Shown here one piece after another: positions 1 to 9,009 of a DNA stretch of 64,000 bases; the stretch's first letter is position 1, and every line of letters begins with the position of its first letter. Under the pieces are notes generated by a model. That model was not told the DNA's origin. It was given only the letters and a program-made list of their open reading frames with translations, and ran no database searches. A program made the position numbers and the translations under genes. The stretch lies in the NCBI GenBank assembly GCA_052168355.1, contig JBQLZQ010000016.1, positions 10,534-74,533 on the forward strand, given 5' to 3'. The stretch comes from Inquilinaceae bacterium (GTDB taxonomy: Bacteria; Pseudomonadota; Alphaproteobacteria; DSM-16000; Inquilinaceae).

Positions 1-683
1 GCGACCGGGTGTGGATCGAGGTTCTCGAAGGCCGCCGGCCGCAGCGGGCCGTGCCCGTCGTCGACATCTTCGAGACCTATATCGGCATGATGGCCTACAT
101 GAACCTGGACGCCCTGAACCAGCTGCTGGGCGACGGTCCGCGGGTGGAGCATATCAGCCTTCTGGTCGATGAGGCGCGCATGCCCGAGTTTTTCGCCGAA
201 CTCAAGGGGCTGCCACAGGTGGCCGCGGTGATGATCCGCCGCGCCGCCGTCGACACGTTCCGCGACACCATGGACGAAACCCTGCTGGTGTTCGTGTCCT
301 TCTTCATCGTCTTCTCCTCCACCCTGGCGTTCGGAACCGCCTACAACAGCGTGCGGATCGCGCTGTCGGAGCGCGGGCGGGAGCTGGCCACGCTGCGGGT
401 GCTGGGTTTCAGCCGGGGCGAGATCTCCTATATCCTGCTGGGCGAGGTCGGGCTGCTGATCCTGGCGGGCCTGCCGCTCGGCTGCGTGGCCGGCTACCTT
501 CTGACGCTGGGGATGGCTGCCAGCTTTGCCACGGAACTGTTCCGCGTGCCGATGGTGCTGCTGCCGGCGACCTACGCAACCGCCGCGTCCATATCCCTTG
601 CCGCGGCGATCGCGGCCGCCGCGGTCGTCCGTCGCCGGGTCGACCGGCTCGATCTGGTCGCGGTTCTCAAGACGCGGGAGTGA
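1..683 (+). CDS. ABC transporter permease, FtsX/MacB-like, C-terminal part (5' end lies outside the window)
   Basis: The frame is open from the window edge to TGA 681-683. The translation ends in an FtsX-type hydrophobic bundle (SERGRELATLRVLGFSRGEISYILLGEVGLLILAG...). An HlyD adaptor gene follows 4 nt later. Confidence 0.8.
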   Translation, partial: DRVWIEVLEGRRPQRAVPVVDIFETYIGMMAYMNLDALNQLLGDGPRVEHISLLVDEARMPEFFAELKGLPQVAAVMIRRAAVDTFRDTMDETLLVFVSFFIVFSSTLAFGTAYNSVRIALSERGRELATLRVLGFSRGEISYILLGEVGLLILAGLPLGCVAGYLLTLGMAASFATELFRVPMVLLPATYATAASISLAAAIAAAAVVRRRVDRLDLVAVLKTRE

Positions 684-687
684 CGCG

Positions 688-1896
688 ATGACAGCGGCGT
701 GGCGACGGGTGACGGTGTGGGGCGTTCTGGCCGCGGTTCTGGCGGCCGCGCTGGCCTACGGCTTTTGGCCGGGATCGCTGCCCGTCGATCTGGTAACGGT
801 CGGCCGCGGTCCCCTGGTGGTGACCATCGACGAGGAAGCCGAGACCCGGGTGCGCGACGTCTTTGTTCTGTCGGCGCCGGTCACCGGGCGGGCCCTGCGG
901 ATCGGGGTCGACCCGGGAGACCGGGTGGTGGCCGGGGAAACCATCGTTGCCCGCATCGAACCGATCGATCCGGCTTTCCTGGATGCCCGAACGGTGGCCC
1001 AGGCGCGGGCCGATGTCGACGCGGCCGAGGCGGCCATGACCCTGGCCGAGGCGGAACTGGGCGAAGCGCGCGCGGCGCTCAACTTCGCCACCCTGGAACT
1101 CGAACGGGCGCGGCGGCTGGTGCGCAGCGATACCATCGCCCAACGCGCGCTCGACCAGGCCGAGCTGGAGTTCGAGGTCCGCTCCGCCGCGGTCGCGACA
1201 GCCGAGGCATCTGTGAGGATGCGCCAGTCGGAACTGATCCGGGCCCAGGCCGAACTGGTATCGCCGGCCGAGACACGGTCGGATGGCGCTGCGTGCGACT
1301 GCGTGCCGATCCGCGCGCCGGTCAGCGGGTCGGTCCTGCGCGTGTTCCATGAAAGCGAGGGCGTGGTGGAGGCTGGCGAAACGCTGATCGAGATCGGCGA
1401 TCCACGGGATCTCGAGATCGTCGCCGATCTGCTGTCGTCCGACGCGGTGAAGGTGCAGCCCGGCCAGCGCGTCATGATCGAGGATTGGGGCGGGGACCGG
1501 ACGCTGGACGGACGGGTCCGGCTGGTCGAGCCGTACGGGTTCACGAAGGTCTCGGCGCTCGGCATCGAGGAGCAGCGGGTCAACGTCATCATGGATTTCA
1601 CCGAACCGCCCGACCGATGGCAGCGTCTGGGCCACGGATTCCGGGTGGAGATCCGGATCGTGCAGTGGGAGGGGGATGACGTTCTGACCGTGCCGCTGAC
1701 CGCCCTGTTCCGCGACGGGACCCGATGGGCGGTGTTCCTGATGCAGGACGGCCGCGCCATGTTTCGCCACGTCGAGGTCGGACAGCGGACCGGTTTCGAC
1801 GCCGAAATCCTGGACGGTCTGGCGGAGGGAGACCAGGTGGTGCTCTACCCCAGCGATCGGGTGGCGGACGGGGTGCGCATCGTCAGCCGCGACTGA
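688..1896 (+). CDS. HlyD-family efflux adaptor (periplasmic membrane-fusion protein)
   Basis: ATG at 688 lies just after the permease stop. The protein has an N-terminal TM segment, a biotinyl/lipoyl-like hairpin (VSAPVTGRAL..GDRVVAGETIARI), a long Ala/Glu/Arg coiled coil and a beta-barrel C-terminus. Confidence 0.85.
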   Translation: MTAAWRRVTVWGVLAAVLAAALAYGFWPGSLPVDLVTVGRGPLVVTIDEEAETRVRDVFVLSAPVTGRALRIGVDPGDRVVAGETIVARIEPIDPAFLDARTVAQARADVDAAEAAMTLAEAELGEARAALNFATLELERARRLVRSDTIAQRALDQAELEFEVRSAAVATAEASVRMRQSELIRAQAELVSPAETRSDGAACDCVPIRAPVSGSVLRVFHESEGVVEAGETLIEIGDPRDLEIVADLLSSDAVKVQPGQRVMIEDWGGDRTLDGRVRLVEPYGFTKVSALGIEEQRVNVIMDFTEPPDRWQRLGHGFRVEIRIVQWEGDDVLTVPLTALFRDGTRWAVFLMQDGRAMFRHVEVGQRTGFDAEILDGLAEGDQVVLYPSDRVADGVRIVSRD

Positions 1897-1915
1897 TCGG
1901 CGGCGGGCGGTCTGG

Positions 1916-3397
1916 TCAGGCTGCCGCCTTTTGCGATGCCCCGACCTTCTTGAGATCGAAGTTCGGCGGCGGCAGGCCGCGCATGCTGGTGTCGGCGGCC
2001 AGCGCCTCGATCTCGCCCAGCTTGGTCTTCAGATAGGCCGCGATCTGGGCCTGGACCGCCGTCACACCCGTCATCTGGATCTGGGCCGCCGCCTTGCCCA
2101 CCCGGCCGGACTTGACCGCCGCCATGATCTTGGCCCGCGCCCGGTCGGGCGCCGTCAGATCGATCGGCGCCAGCCCGCAGGCATTGGTGACGCGGGTGAG
2201 GATAGCGTGGATATCGTTGGACGGCAGGCCAACGAAGAACCCCTCCAGCGCCGACGCCTCGCCGGCCAGGATGGCGCGATGGAAGATGGTGTTGCCGTCG
2301 CTGTCATACTGCAGCAGCAGCGACAAGAGCGGGTTGGCCGGGGCCGGCGAGTCCCGGTCTATGATCACCGGCTGGCGGACGGGTTCGCCGCGGACCAGCT
2401 TTTTCACGGCCAGATCGTCGTTGATCATCAGCGCCGTCATCTTGCGCAGGTGGGCAACCTTGCCGGCCGCCAGACCCTTGAACAAGATCCCTTCCCGGCG
2501 GCAATCGCGGCGCAGCAGCTTGCGGCAGATATAGGCCTGACGGAACGCCTTGGCGGTCGCCGCGTCGGGCGGCGCCATGGCCTTGACCGCATCGTTGGCG
2601 TGGGCGATCAGCAGGCGCAGCAGATCCTCGAACATGCCGTGATTGGTGACCGTGATCAGCGTGAAAAACGCGGTCGCCCCGTCATCGGGGTCGCAATAGT
2701 CGAAGAACAGGCGGCAGGTGGCGGCGCGCAGCGTGGGGTCGGCATTCGGTGCCAGGGCCTGCTTGAGCACGTGCTGGGACAGGAGGCCGCGGTTGCCGTC
2801 CAGATCTTCGCGGAAGATCAGGCTCATCATCTGGTTGCGGGTTGCCTCGTCGCCGGCTTTCTCGGAAATGGCCGCTTCGATGTTCTCGATCGACAGGTGC
2901 TTGGTCTGCACCAGGGCGTTGAGCGACTGCCATTTGGGCGACGGCGTCAGCATCTTGCCCAGCGGGCTGACGCCGTGCTTGTTCCGGCGCGAGAAATCGA
3001 CGTCGAGCGACAAAAGGATGTGCGCCATCTTCAGGGTCTCGGCGCCCTCGTTCTGGCGCAGGCTGTCGGCCAGATAATGCCAGATCCCGTTGCCGTCCCC
3101 GTCCTCGTGGCTCAAAAGACCGTAAACCCGTTCCGGGGCGCCGGCTTCCCAATGGGCCTTGGCGACCTGCAGCACGGCCAGGGCCTCGCGCACGTCCTGG
3201 CGGGCCAGCCGGTACTGCAGGTAATTTTCGCCCTGACGCCCGATGGCCCGATACAGCCGGTCGGAATTGTCCTCGAACTTGATCCAGTCGGCCAAGAAGG
3301 ATGCGAACTTGCCCGTCCGCTTGGCGAACCGGTCGGCAATGTCGCGATCCACAAGCTCCAGCGGGATGGATTTGGGCGCGGTGGCGGTCTGGGGCAT
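1916..3397 (-). CDS. hypothetical protein with ankyrin-like repeat segments
   Basis: Long ORF with a protein-like composition. ATG at 3397 is preceded by GAAGGG, and the track start at 3403 is TTG. Segments such as DGNTIFHRAILAGEASALEGFF and DGNGIWHYLADSL...NKHGVSPLGKML resemble the ANK consensus. I did not recognise a family. Confidence 0.65.
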   Translation of the reverse strand: MPQTATAPKSIPLELVDRDIADRFAKRTGKFASFLADWIKFEDNSDRLYRAIGRQGENYLQYRLARQDVREALAVLQVAKAHWEAGAPERVYGLLSHEDGDGNGIWHYLADSLRQNEGAETLKMAHILLSLDVDFSRRNKHGVSPLGKMLTPSPKWQSLNALVQTKHLSIENIEAAISEKAGDEATRNQMMSLIFREDLDGNRGLLSQHVLKQALAPNADPTLRAATCRLFFDYCDPDDGATAFFTLITVTNHGMFEDLLRLLIAHANDAVKAMAPPDAATAKAFRQAYICRKLLRRDCRREGILFKGLAAGKVAHLRKMTALMINDDLAVKKLVRGEPVRQPVIIDRDSPAPANPLLSLLLQYDSDGNTIFHRAILAGEASALEGFFVGLPSNDIHAILTRVTNACGLAPIDLTAPDRARAKIMAAVKSGRVGKAAAQIQMTGVTAVQAQIAAYLKTKLGEIEALAADTSMRGLPPPNFDLKKVGASQKAAA

Positions 3398-3503
3398 CGG
3401 CAAAACCCTTCGGCCTTCATGGCGGGACGGCGCTGACCGCGCGGGGGTGGCGGAGCGCGTCGGTCTTACGCCTGGCGAGTAAAGAACTTCCTTAGAGATA
3501 TGG

Positions 3504-4844
3504 TTACCGCCGAAAGACGCCGACCAGCTCCAGATGCGGCGACCACAGGAACTGGTCGACGGGCGTCACCCGCTCCAGCCGGTACCCGCCATCGCACAGC
3601 AAGCGCGCGTCGCGGGCGAAGGACGCGGGCTGGCACGATACCGCCACCACCAGCGGCACGGCCGACGCTGCCAGGCTGGCCGCCTGGTCGCGCGCGCCGC
3701 TGCGCGGCGGATCGAACAGCACGGCGCCAAACCGGTTCAACTCGGCCGGCGTCAGGGGGACGGCCATCAGGTCCCGGGTCGCGGTTTCGACCGGCCGCGG
3801 GGGAGAGGCCCGGCGCGATGCGGCGGTCAGGGCGGCGACCGAAGCGCCGTCGCTGTCGACGGCGAAAACCCTCGCGCGCGACGACAGGGGCAGGGCGAAC
3901 GTGCCCGATCCGCAGAACAGGTCGGCGACCGGGCCGGCGTCGCCGACCGCCGCGGTCACCAGGCCGGTCAACGCCGCCGCCCCGGCCGCGGTGGGCTGCA
4001 GGAACCCACCGGGCGGTACGGTCACCGGCACCCCGCCGATATCCAGGGTTCCCGTGCGGCGATGGGCGATCGGTTCTGCCGGACCGGATCCCGACCGCCA
4101 GGACAGCCGGGCCAGGTCCGCGTCGGCGGCGAACCGGGCCAGCGCCTCGCGGCCCTTCAAGTCGGGTGCGGAGTCGCCGATCAGCAGAACGTCCAGACCG
4201 TCGTCGAGCAGGGTGACGGCCGCGTCCAGCCCGCCGCTCCGGTCCAGCACCGATGCCATGGCGGGGCGCAGGATCGGCAGCAGGGCCACGATCTCGGGCC
4301 GGAGAACCGCGCAGGTCTCCAGGTCGACGATGCGATGGCTCCGATGGGCATTGAATCCCAGAACCACGCCGTCGCGTCCGTGCCGGGCGGCAAAGGTGGC
4401 GCGTCGCCGGCTGCCCGGCTGCATGGCCATGACCGGTTCCACGACACCGGCAGCCAGCCCCGCCCGCTCCAGCGCCCGCGTGACCATCGCGCGTTTCCAC
4501 CGGCGGTTGGCGTCGGCCGACAGGTGCTGGGTCAGGCAGCCGCCGCACCTGCCGAAATGGGGGCAGGGCGGCACCACCCGGTCGGGACCGGGCTCCAGGA
4601 CGGTCACCAGGTGCGCGGCGATGCCGTCCCCCCTGGCGGCACCCAGCCGGCCCCGGATCCGGTCGCCGGGCGCCGTCAGGGGCACGAACACCGTTCGTCC
4701 CTCGTAAAGGCCGATCCCGTCGGCCCCGTCTCCCAACCGGTCGATGGCAAGCTCGATCTCGGGCCCACCCTGCCCCGGGGGGCGGGATCCGGGCCCGGCC
4801 GGGCGTCGTTTCCGGGGCCGCCGTCTGTGGCGCGGTCGCGTCAT
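3504..4844 (-). CDS. class I SAM-dependent RNA (uracil-5) methyltransferase, RlmD/RumA-like
   Basis: The translation has a TRAM-like N-terminus, the Cys cluster CPHFGRCGGC, the SAM motif FCGSGTFALPL, and LFDPPRSGA plus a C-terminal catalytic region. ATG at 4844 is the first Met before the conserved part. The track ORF extends to 4970. Confidence 0.85.
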   Translation of the reverse strand: MTRPRHRRRPRKRRPAGPGSRPPGQGGPEIELAIDRLGDGADGIGLYEGRTVFVPLTAPGDRIRGRLGAARGDGIAAHLVTVLEPGPDRVVPPCPHFGRCGGCLTQHLSADANRRWKRAMVTRALERAGLAAGVVEPVMAMQPGSRRRATFAARHGRDGVVLGFNAHRSHRIVDLETCAVLRPEIVALLPILRPAMASVLDRSGGLDAAVTLLDDGLDVLLIGDSAPDLKGREALARFAADADLARLSWRSGSGPAEPIAHRRTGTLDIGGVPVTVPPGGFLQPTAAGAAALTGLVTAAVGDAGPVADLFCGSGTFALPLSSRARVFAVDSDGASVAALTAASRRASPPRPVETATRDLMAVPLTPAELNRFGAVLFDPPRSGARDQAASLAASAVPLVVAVSCQPASFARDARLLCDGGYRLERVTPVDQFLWSPHLELVGVFRR

Positions 4845-4977
4845 GAACGGACAAGTGCCATGGTGGGCGATGCGGGGCAAGCACGGGCGGACTGGCGGGG
4901 CGTCGGGCGATTCCCTATCTTTATGGGGGTCGGCCGCGTGTGAGGCCGAAGCGCGCGGGATCGGGGACAAGCAACGT

Positions 4978-5571
4978 ATGGTCGATGTGACCGGCCTGGC
5001 CGGAAGAATTCAGGGCATGCTGGTGCGGCCGGACGCCACCCTGCTTGAACACGGCCGGCCGGTGCCCCCCTGGCCCGTGGTGGCGCGGGAACATGCGGCG
5101 CCGCTGATCATCGCCAGCGCCTCGGTGTCCTTCGTTCTCTATTGGATTTTCGGCATGCCCGCCGTGGGTGTCGTCGAAGCGCCCAGCCTGACCGAGGCGG
5201 TGTTGGGCTTTGTGCTGAGGGTCGTCGTCAACTTCGCCGGCCTGGCGCTGATGGCTCTGGTTGTGCGGGTGTTTTCCGCCATGTTCGGCGGGTCGCCGGA
5301 TTTCAATGCCAGCTATGTGCTGGTGGCTTTGGCCATGACCCCCTATTACGTCGGCGAGGCGGTGCTGCCGCTGCCTGTCGTCGGTGGGCTGCTGGCCTTT
5401 GGTGGGATGATCTTCTCGCTGATCATCCTGTACAAGGGGGTGCCGCCGCTGCTCCGCGTGCCGCAGGAAAACCGGTCGAAGCATTTCGCCCTGACCCTGG
5501 TGTCCCTGTTCCTGGCGACGATGGTCGCGGCCCTGATCCTGGGCCCGTTCCTGCTGATGGCGCCGACCTGA
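4978..5571 (+). CDS. Yip1-domain family membrane protein
   Basis: ATG at 4978. A soluble N-terminus is followed by about five hydrophobic helices, as in the Yip1/YIPF-type topology. The upstream part of the track ORF is Arg/Gly-rich junk. Confidence 0.7.
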   Translation: MVDVTGLAGRIQGMLVRPDATLLEHGRPVPPWPVVAREHAAPLIIASASVSFVLYWIFGMPAVGVVEAPSLTEAVLGFVLRVVVNFAGLALMALVVRVFSAMFGGSPDFNASYVLVALAMTPYYVGEAVLPLPVVGGLLAFGGMIFSLIILYKGVPPLLRVPQENRSKHFALTLVSLFLATMVAALILGPFLLMAPT

Positions 5572-5577
5572 AGGGCG

Positions 5578-6144
5578 TCATGCCATCAGCTTTAGTAGAG
5601 TCAGCAGTTTCCTGAGATCGTGGTCGTAAGCGGCCGCGCGGCTCAAGTCGTCCAGGGAGAACCGTCTCTCGAGATCTGCGGCGGGCGCGACCTTCGCGTA
5701 GTTGGGCCAAACCTTTTTCAGCTCTCTCTCCGCGATGTCCCTTGGAACCTCGCGCGTCGCCTGGCCCTCGTGGAGTCGGAGCAGAAGCCCTTCAAGACTG
5801 GGGCGCTGGCGGATGACGCTGAATGCCGAATTGTCCGTCAGCGCAAGCGCCGTCGTAACGCGGTTCGCCGACTCGCCATGCTGTCCGCTGAGCAGGTCAT
5901 CGTCGAAGAGGAGGATCGCGTGCTTATAGTCACCCTTCCTCGTCGCTTTGGTGTTTCGTAGTCTGATAGCATCCTCGACTCGCCGTAGGACGTCACCGCG
6001 GTGCAGAACATGGACGTCCAGATGAAATGGCAGGCTCTTCCCGTCAATCAGGCGCTGCAGCCATGCAGCAAAGGCTTGTTCGCCTTCTCCCTCGCAACCC
6101 ACGAAGATGCGCGCGCGTATAGGACGGATCGGTCGGCGCGTCAT
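5578..6144 (-). CDS. RloB-like / TOPRIM-type small protein, partner of the upstream ATPase
   Basis: The N-terminal motif RIFVGCEGEGEQAF (CEGEGE encoded at 6079-6096) matches the ...CEG..TE... head typical of RloB-like proteins. An acidic LLFDDDLL (DxD-like) motif lies downstream. ATG at 6144 is 20 nt after the ATPase stop, and an alternative GTG at 6186 would overlap that gene. Confidence 0.7.
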   Translation of the reverse strand: MTRRPIRPIRARIFVGCEGEGEQAFAAWLQRLIDGKSLPFHLDVHVLHRGDVLRRVEDAIRLRNTKATRKGDYKHAILLFDDDLLSGQHGESANRVTTALALTDNSAFSVIRQRPSLEGLLLRLHEGQATREVPRDIAERELKKVWPNYAKVAPAADLERRFSLDDLSRAAAYDHDLRKLLTLLKLMA

Positions 6145-6163
6145 CGTGAGATCGACGCAGGTC

Positions 6164-7378
6164 CTAGCCGATATGCGGCACGGCACCCAGCTCGCCGCCT
6201 AGATATTTCTTCATCAGGCTAGGCTCACGGCGGAGACCGAGGATGTCGCGTACGCCGAACACGGTGGTGGCACCGGTGCTGTCTTTGTTTGTCAGGAAGA
6301 TCTGTTCCTTTTCCAAATCGTCCAGAACACTCGGGTTGTGCGCCGTGAAGAAAAGCTGAGCGCCATGGGGGTTGCGATCCTCACTGTCGAACCATCTGAG
6401 CAGTTCGGGTATGACCAGAGAGTGCAAGTCGGCGTCCAACTCGTCGATCACCACGACGTGGCCCGATTGGAGAGCGTAGTGGATACGCATGAAGACTTCC
6501 AGAAACCGGATCGTCCCATGGCTTTCATCGGCAGGTTGGATCGGCCGATGAAGTCCGTCATGGATGAACTGCCCCCACGGGCCGGAAGGTCCTTCGACGA
6601 TCTGAAGCTCGTTCAAGCCGATGTCCAACCTCTGAAGTTCTCGGTTCAGGGCCAACAACGCGTCCGGGTTGTCGGCGTAGAATGAGAAAATCGCCCCGAG
6701 CTCGACAGCCTTTTTTTGGCCGACCAGATTTGTGCCGAGCCTCCGTACGTCTTCCCAGATCGTTACGGAAAGAGGGTGGTTTAACGTCGCCAAGGTGGCG
6801 ATGACGGAGGAGTTCGGCTTGATCGCCTTGAACCTGGGATCGCTTGAGGAAAGTTCGAACTCATCGCCTACCTGAACCGATTGTTCCTGACCGGCAACAC
6901 GCTTGAAAAGCCGCCGCAGCCTTTTCCCGGGCCTATAGGAAAGGGATTCGTAGCCAACGACCGCTCGGCGGTGATGTCCGCTGTCTCCATTTGCCCAACG
7001 GTATGCGATGGCAAGGTCGTATTGGAACCAGAAATCAGTATTTCCGATCCACCGGGCCTCGAACTCCATAGAGATCCGAGTAGGGTGCGAGGCACTGTTC
7101 TCGGTCATGAAGGGCGAAAAATGAGGGATCATCTCGTCAGGCTTGAGGGCAATGCTATTGGTGACGAAATCGATCACCGACGTGATCGCCCTGATGACCG
7201 TCGATTTCCCCGAGGCGTTCGGACCGTAGAAGGCTATCGTCGCCGGAATTAGCTCGCGCGCCCCCGAGCGCGAAAGCCGGAATGCAGGGCGTGACGGAGC
7301 GTTCTTTGGAACCCTGAACGTCAAATCCACCCGATCCCGAATGGAATAAAAGTTTTCGATTGAGAGCGACCGGATCAT
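6164..7378 (-). CDS. ABC/SMC-like AAA_21-type ATPase
   Basis: Walker A GPNASGKST is encoded at 7199-7225. A signature-like ESHGTIRFL, Walker B HVVVIDELDADLH and H-loop FFTAHNP are also present, with a C-terminal YLGGELGAVP tail. GAGGAA lies upstream of ATG 7378. G+C is visibly lower than in the flanks. Confidence 0.85.
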   Translation of the reverse strand: MIRSLSIENFYSIRDRVDLTFRVPKNAPSRPAFRLSRSGARELIPATIAFYGPNASGKSTVIRAITSVIDFVTNSIALKPDEMIPHFSPFMTENSASHPTRISMEFEARWIGNTDFWFQYDLAIAYRWANGDSGHHRRAVVGYESLSYRPGKRLRRLFKRVAGQEQSVQVGDEFELSSSDPRFKAIKPNSSVIATLATLNHPLSVTIWEDVRRLGTNLVGQKKAVELGAIFSFYADNPDALLALNRELQRLDIGLNELQIVEGPSGPWGQFIHDGLHRPIQPADESHGTIRFLEVFMRIHYALQSGHVVVIDELDADLHSLVIPELLRWFDSEDRNPHGAQLFFTAHNPSVLDDLEKEQIFLTNKDSTGATTVFGVRDILGLRREPSLMKKYLGGELGAVPHIG

Positions 7379-7411
7379 GAGTTCCTCGCCGGGTTGCAGA
7401 CGGCGACCCTA

Positions 7412-7424
7412 TCACAATATGTGA
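7412..7424. promoter_or_regulatory. inverted repeat TCACA-ATA-TGTGA in the AT-rich leader of the ATPase operon (possible operator)
   Basis: Arms of 5 bp with a 3-nt spacer lie 34-46 nt upstream of ATG 7378, in the most AT-rich stretch of the window. Confidence 0.2.
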
Positions 7425-7514
7425 ATTCAGCGCGCTGTTTAAACGACAAGTCGACGTTTTTTTGTCGAAATTCGGTTAATAAGTCTGCACTTACGCTCTT
7501 AAATCTCCCTTTCG

Positions 7515-8009
7515 TCAAAGAAACGCCGTCAGCCGTTCCTTCTGCCCGTCGGTCAGGGCCTTGCCGGTGCGGGCCTTGAGGTCGAACAGGACGCTCACCG
7601 TTTCGGCCGTGGAGATGCAGACATCGCCGTGGAAGATGGCCTGGCTGTAGGTGAAGGAACTGCCGCCCACCCGGACCAGGCGCGTGCCGATGTCCAGGGC
7701 CGCGGGGTGGGTCAGTTCCCGGTGAAAGTCGATGGTGAACCGCACCACCACCGTCGCCGTGTCGCGCATTCCGTCCAGCAACGCGGCGGCGTTGAAGAAC
7801 TCCAGCCGGCCGGTCTCGAAATAGACCCCGATGGCGTTGTTGTTGACGTGTCCCAAGGGATCCAGGTCGGCGAAACGCGTCTGCTCCCGGCACCAATGGG
7901 GATAGGGCGCCCGGGTCCGGGCGTTGGGGGCGGTTCTGGTGTCTGACACGGGCGGGCGGTCCTTGGCTGTCGTGCGCCTGGGCGCGGGGCAGGGCCACCC
8001 ATAGCCCAT
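7515..8009 (-). CDS. acyl-CoA thioesterase, 4HBT/YbgC-like hotdog fold
   Basis: FADLDPLGHVNNNAIGVYFETGRLEFF is the typical 4HBT catalytic region. The start is uncertain. GTG at 7949 would give about 145 aa, and the N-terminal 20 aa of the track ORF look non-native. Confidence 0.8.
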   Translation of the reverse strand: MGYGWPCPAPRRTTAKDRPPVSDTRTAPNARTRAPYPHWCREQTRFADLDPLGHVNNNAIGVYFETGRLEFFNAAALLDGMRDTATVVVRFTIDFHRELTHPAALDIGTRLVRVGGSSFTYSQAIFHGDVCISTAETVSVLFDLKARTGKALTDGQKERLTAFL

Positions 8010-8042
8010 CGGATGGGGCCGTGGAAGGGGGCGACGGAGGGA

Positions 8043-8990
<948 letters not shown>

Positions 8991-9009
8991 CTACTTCTCG
9001 AAAGGATTC

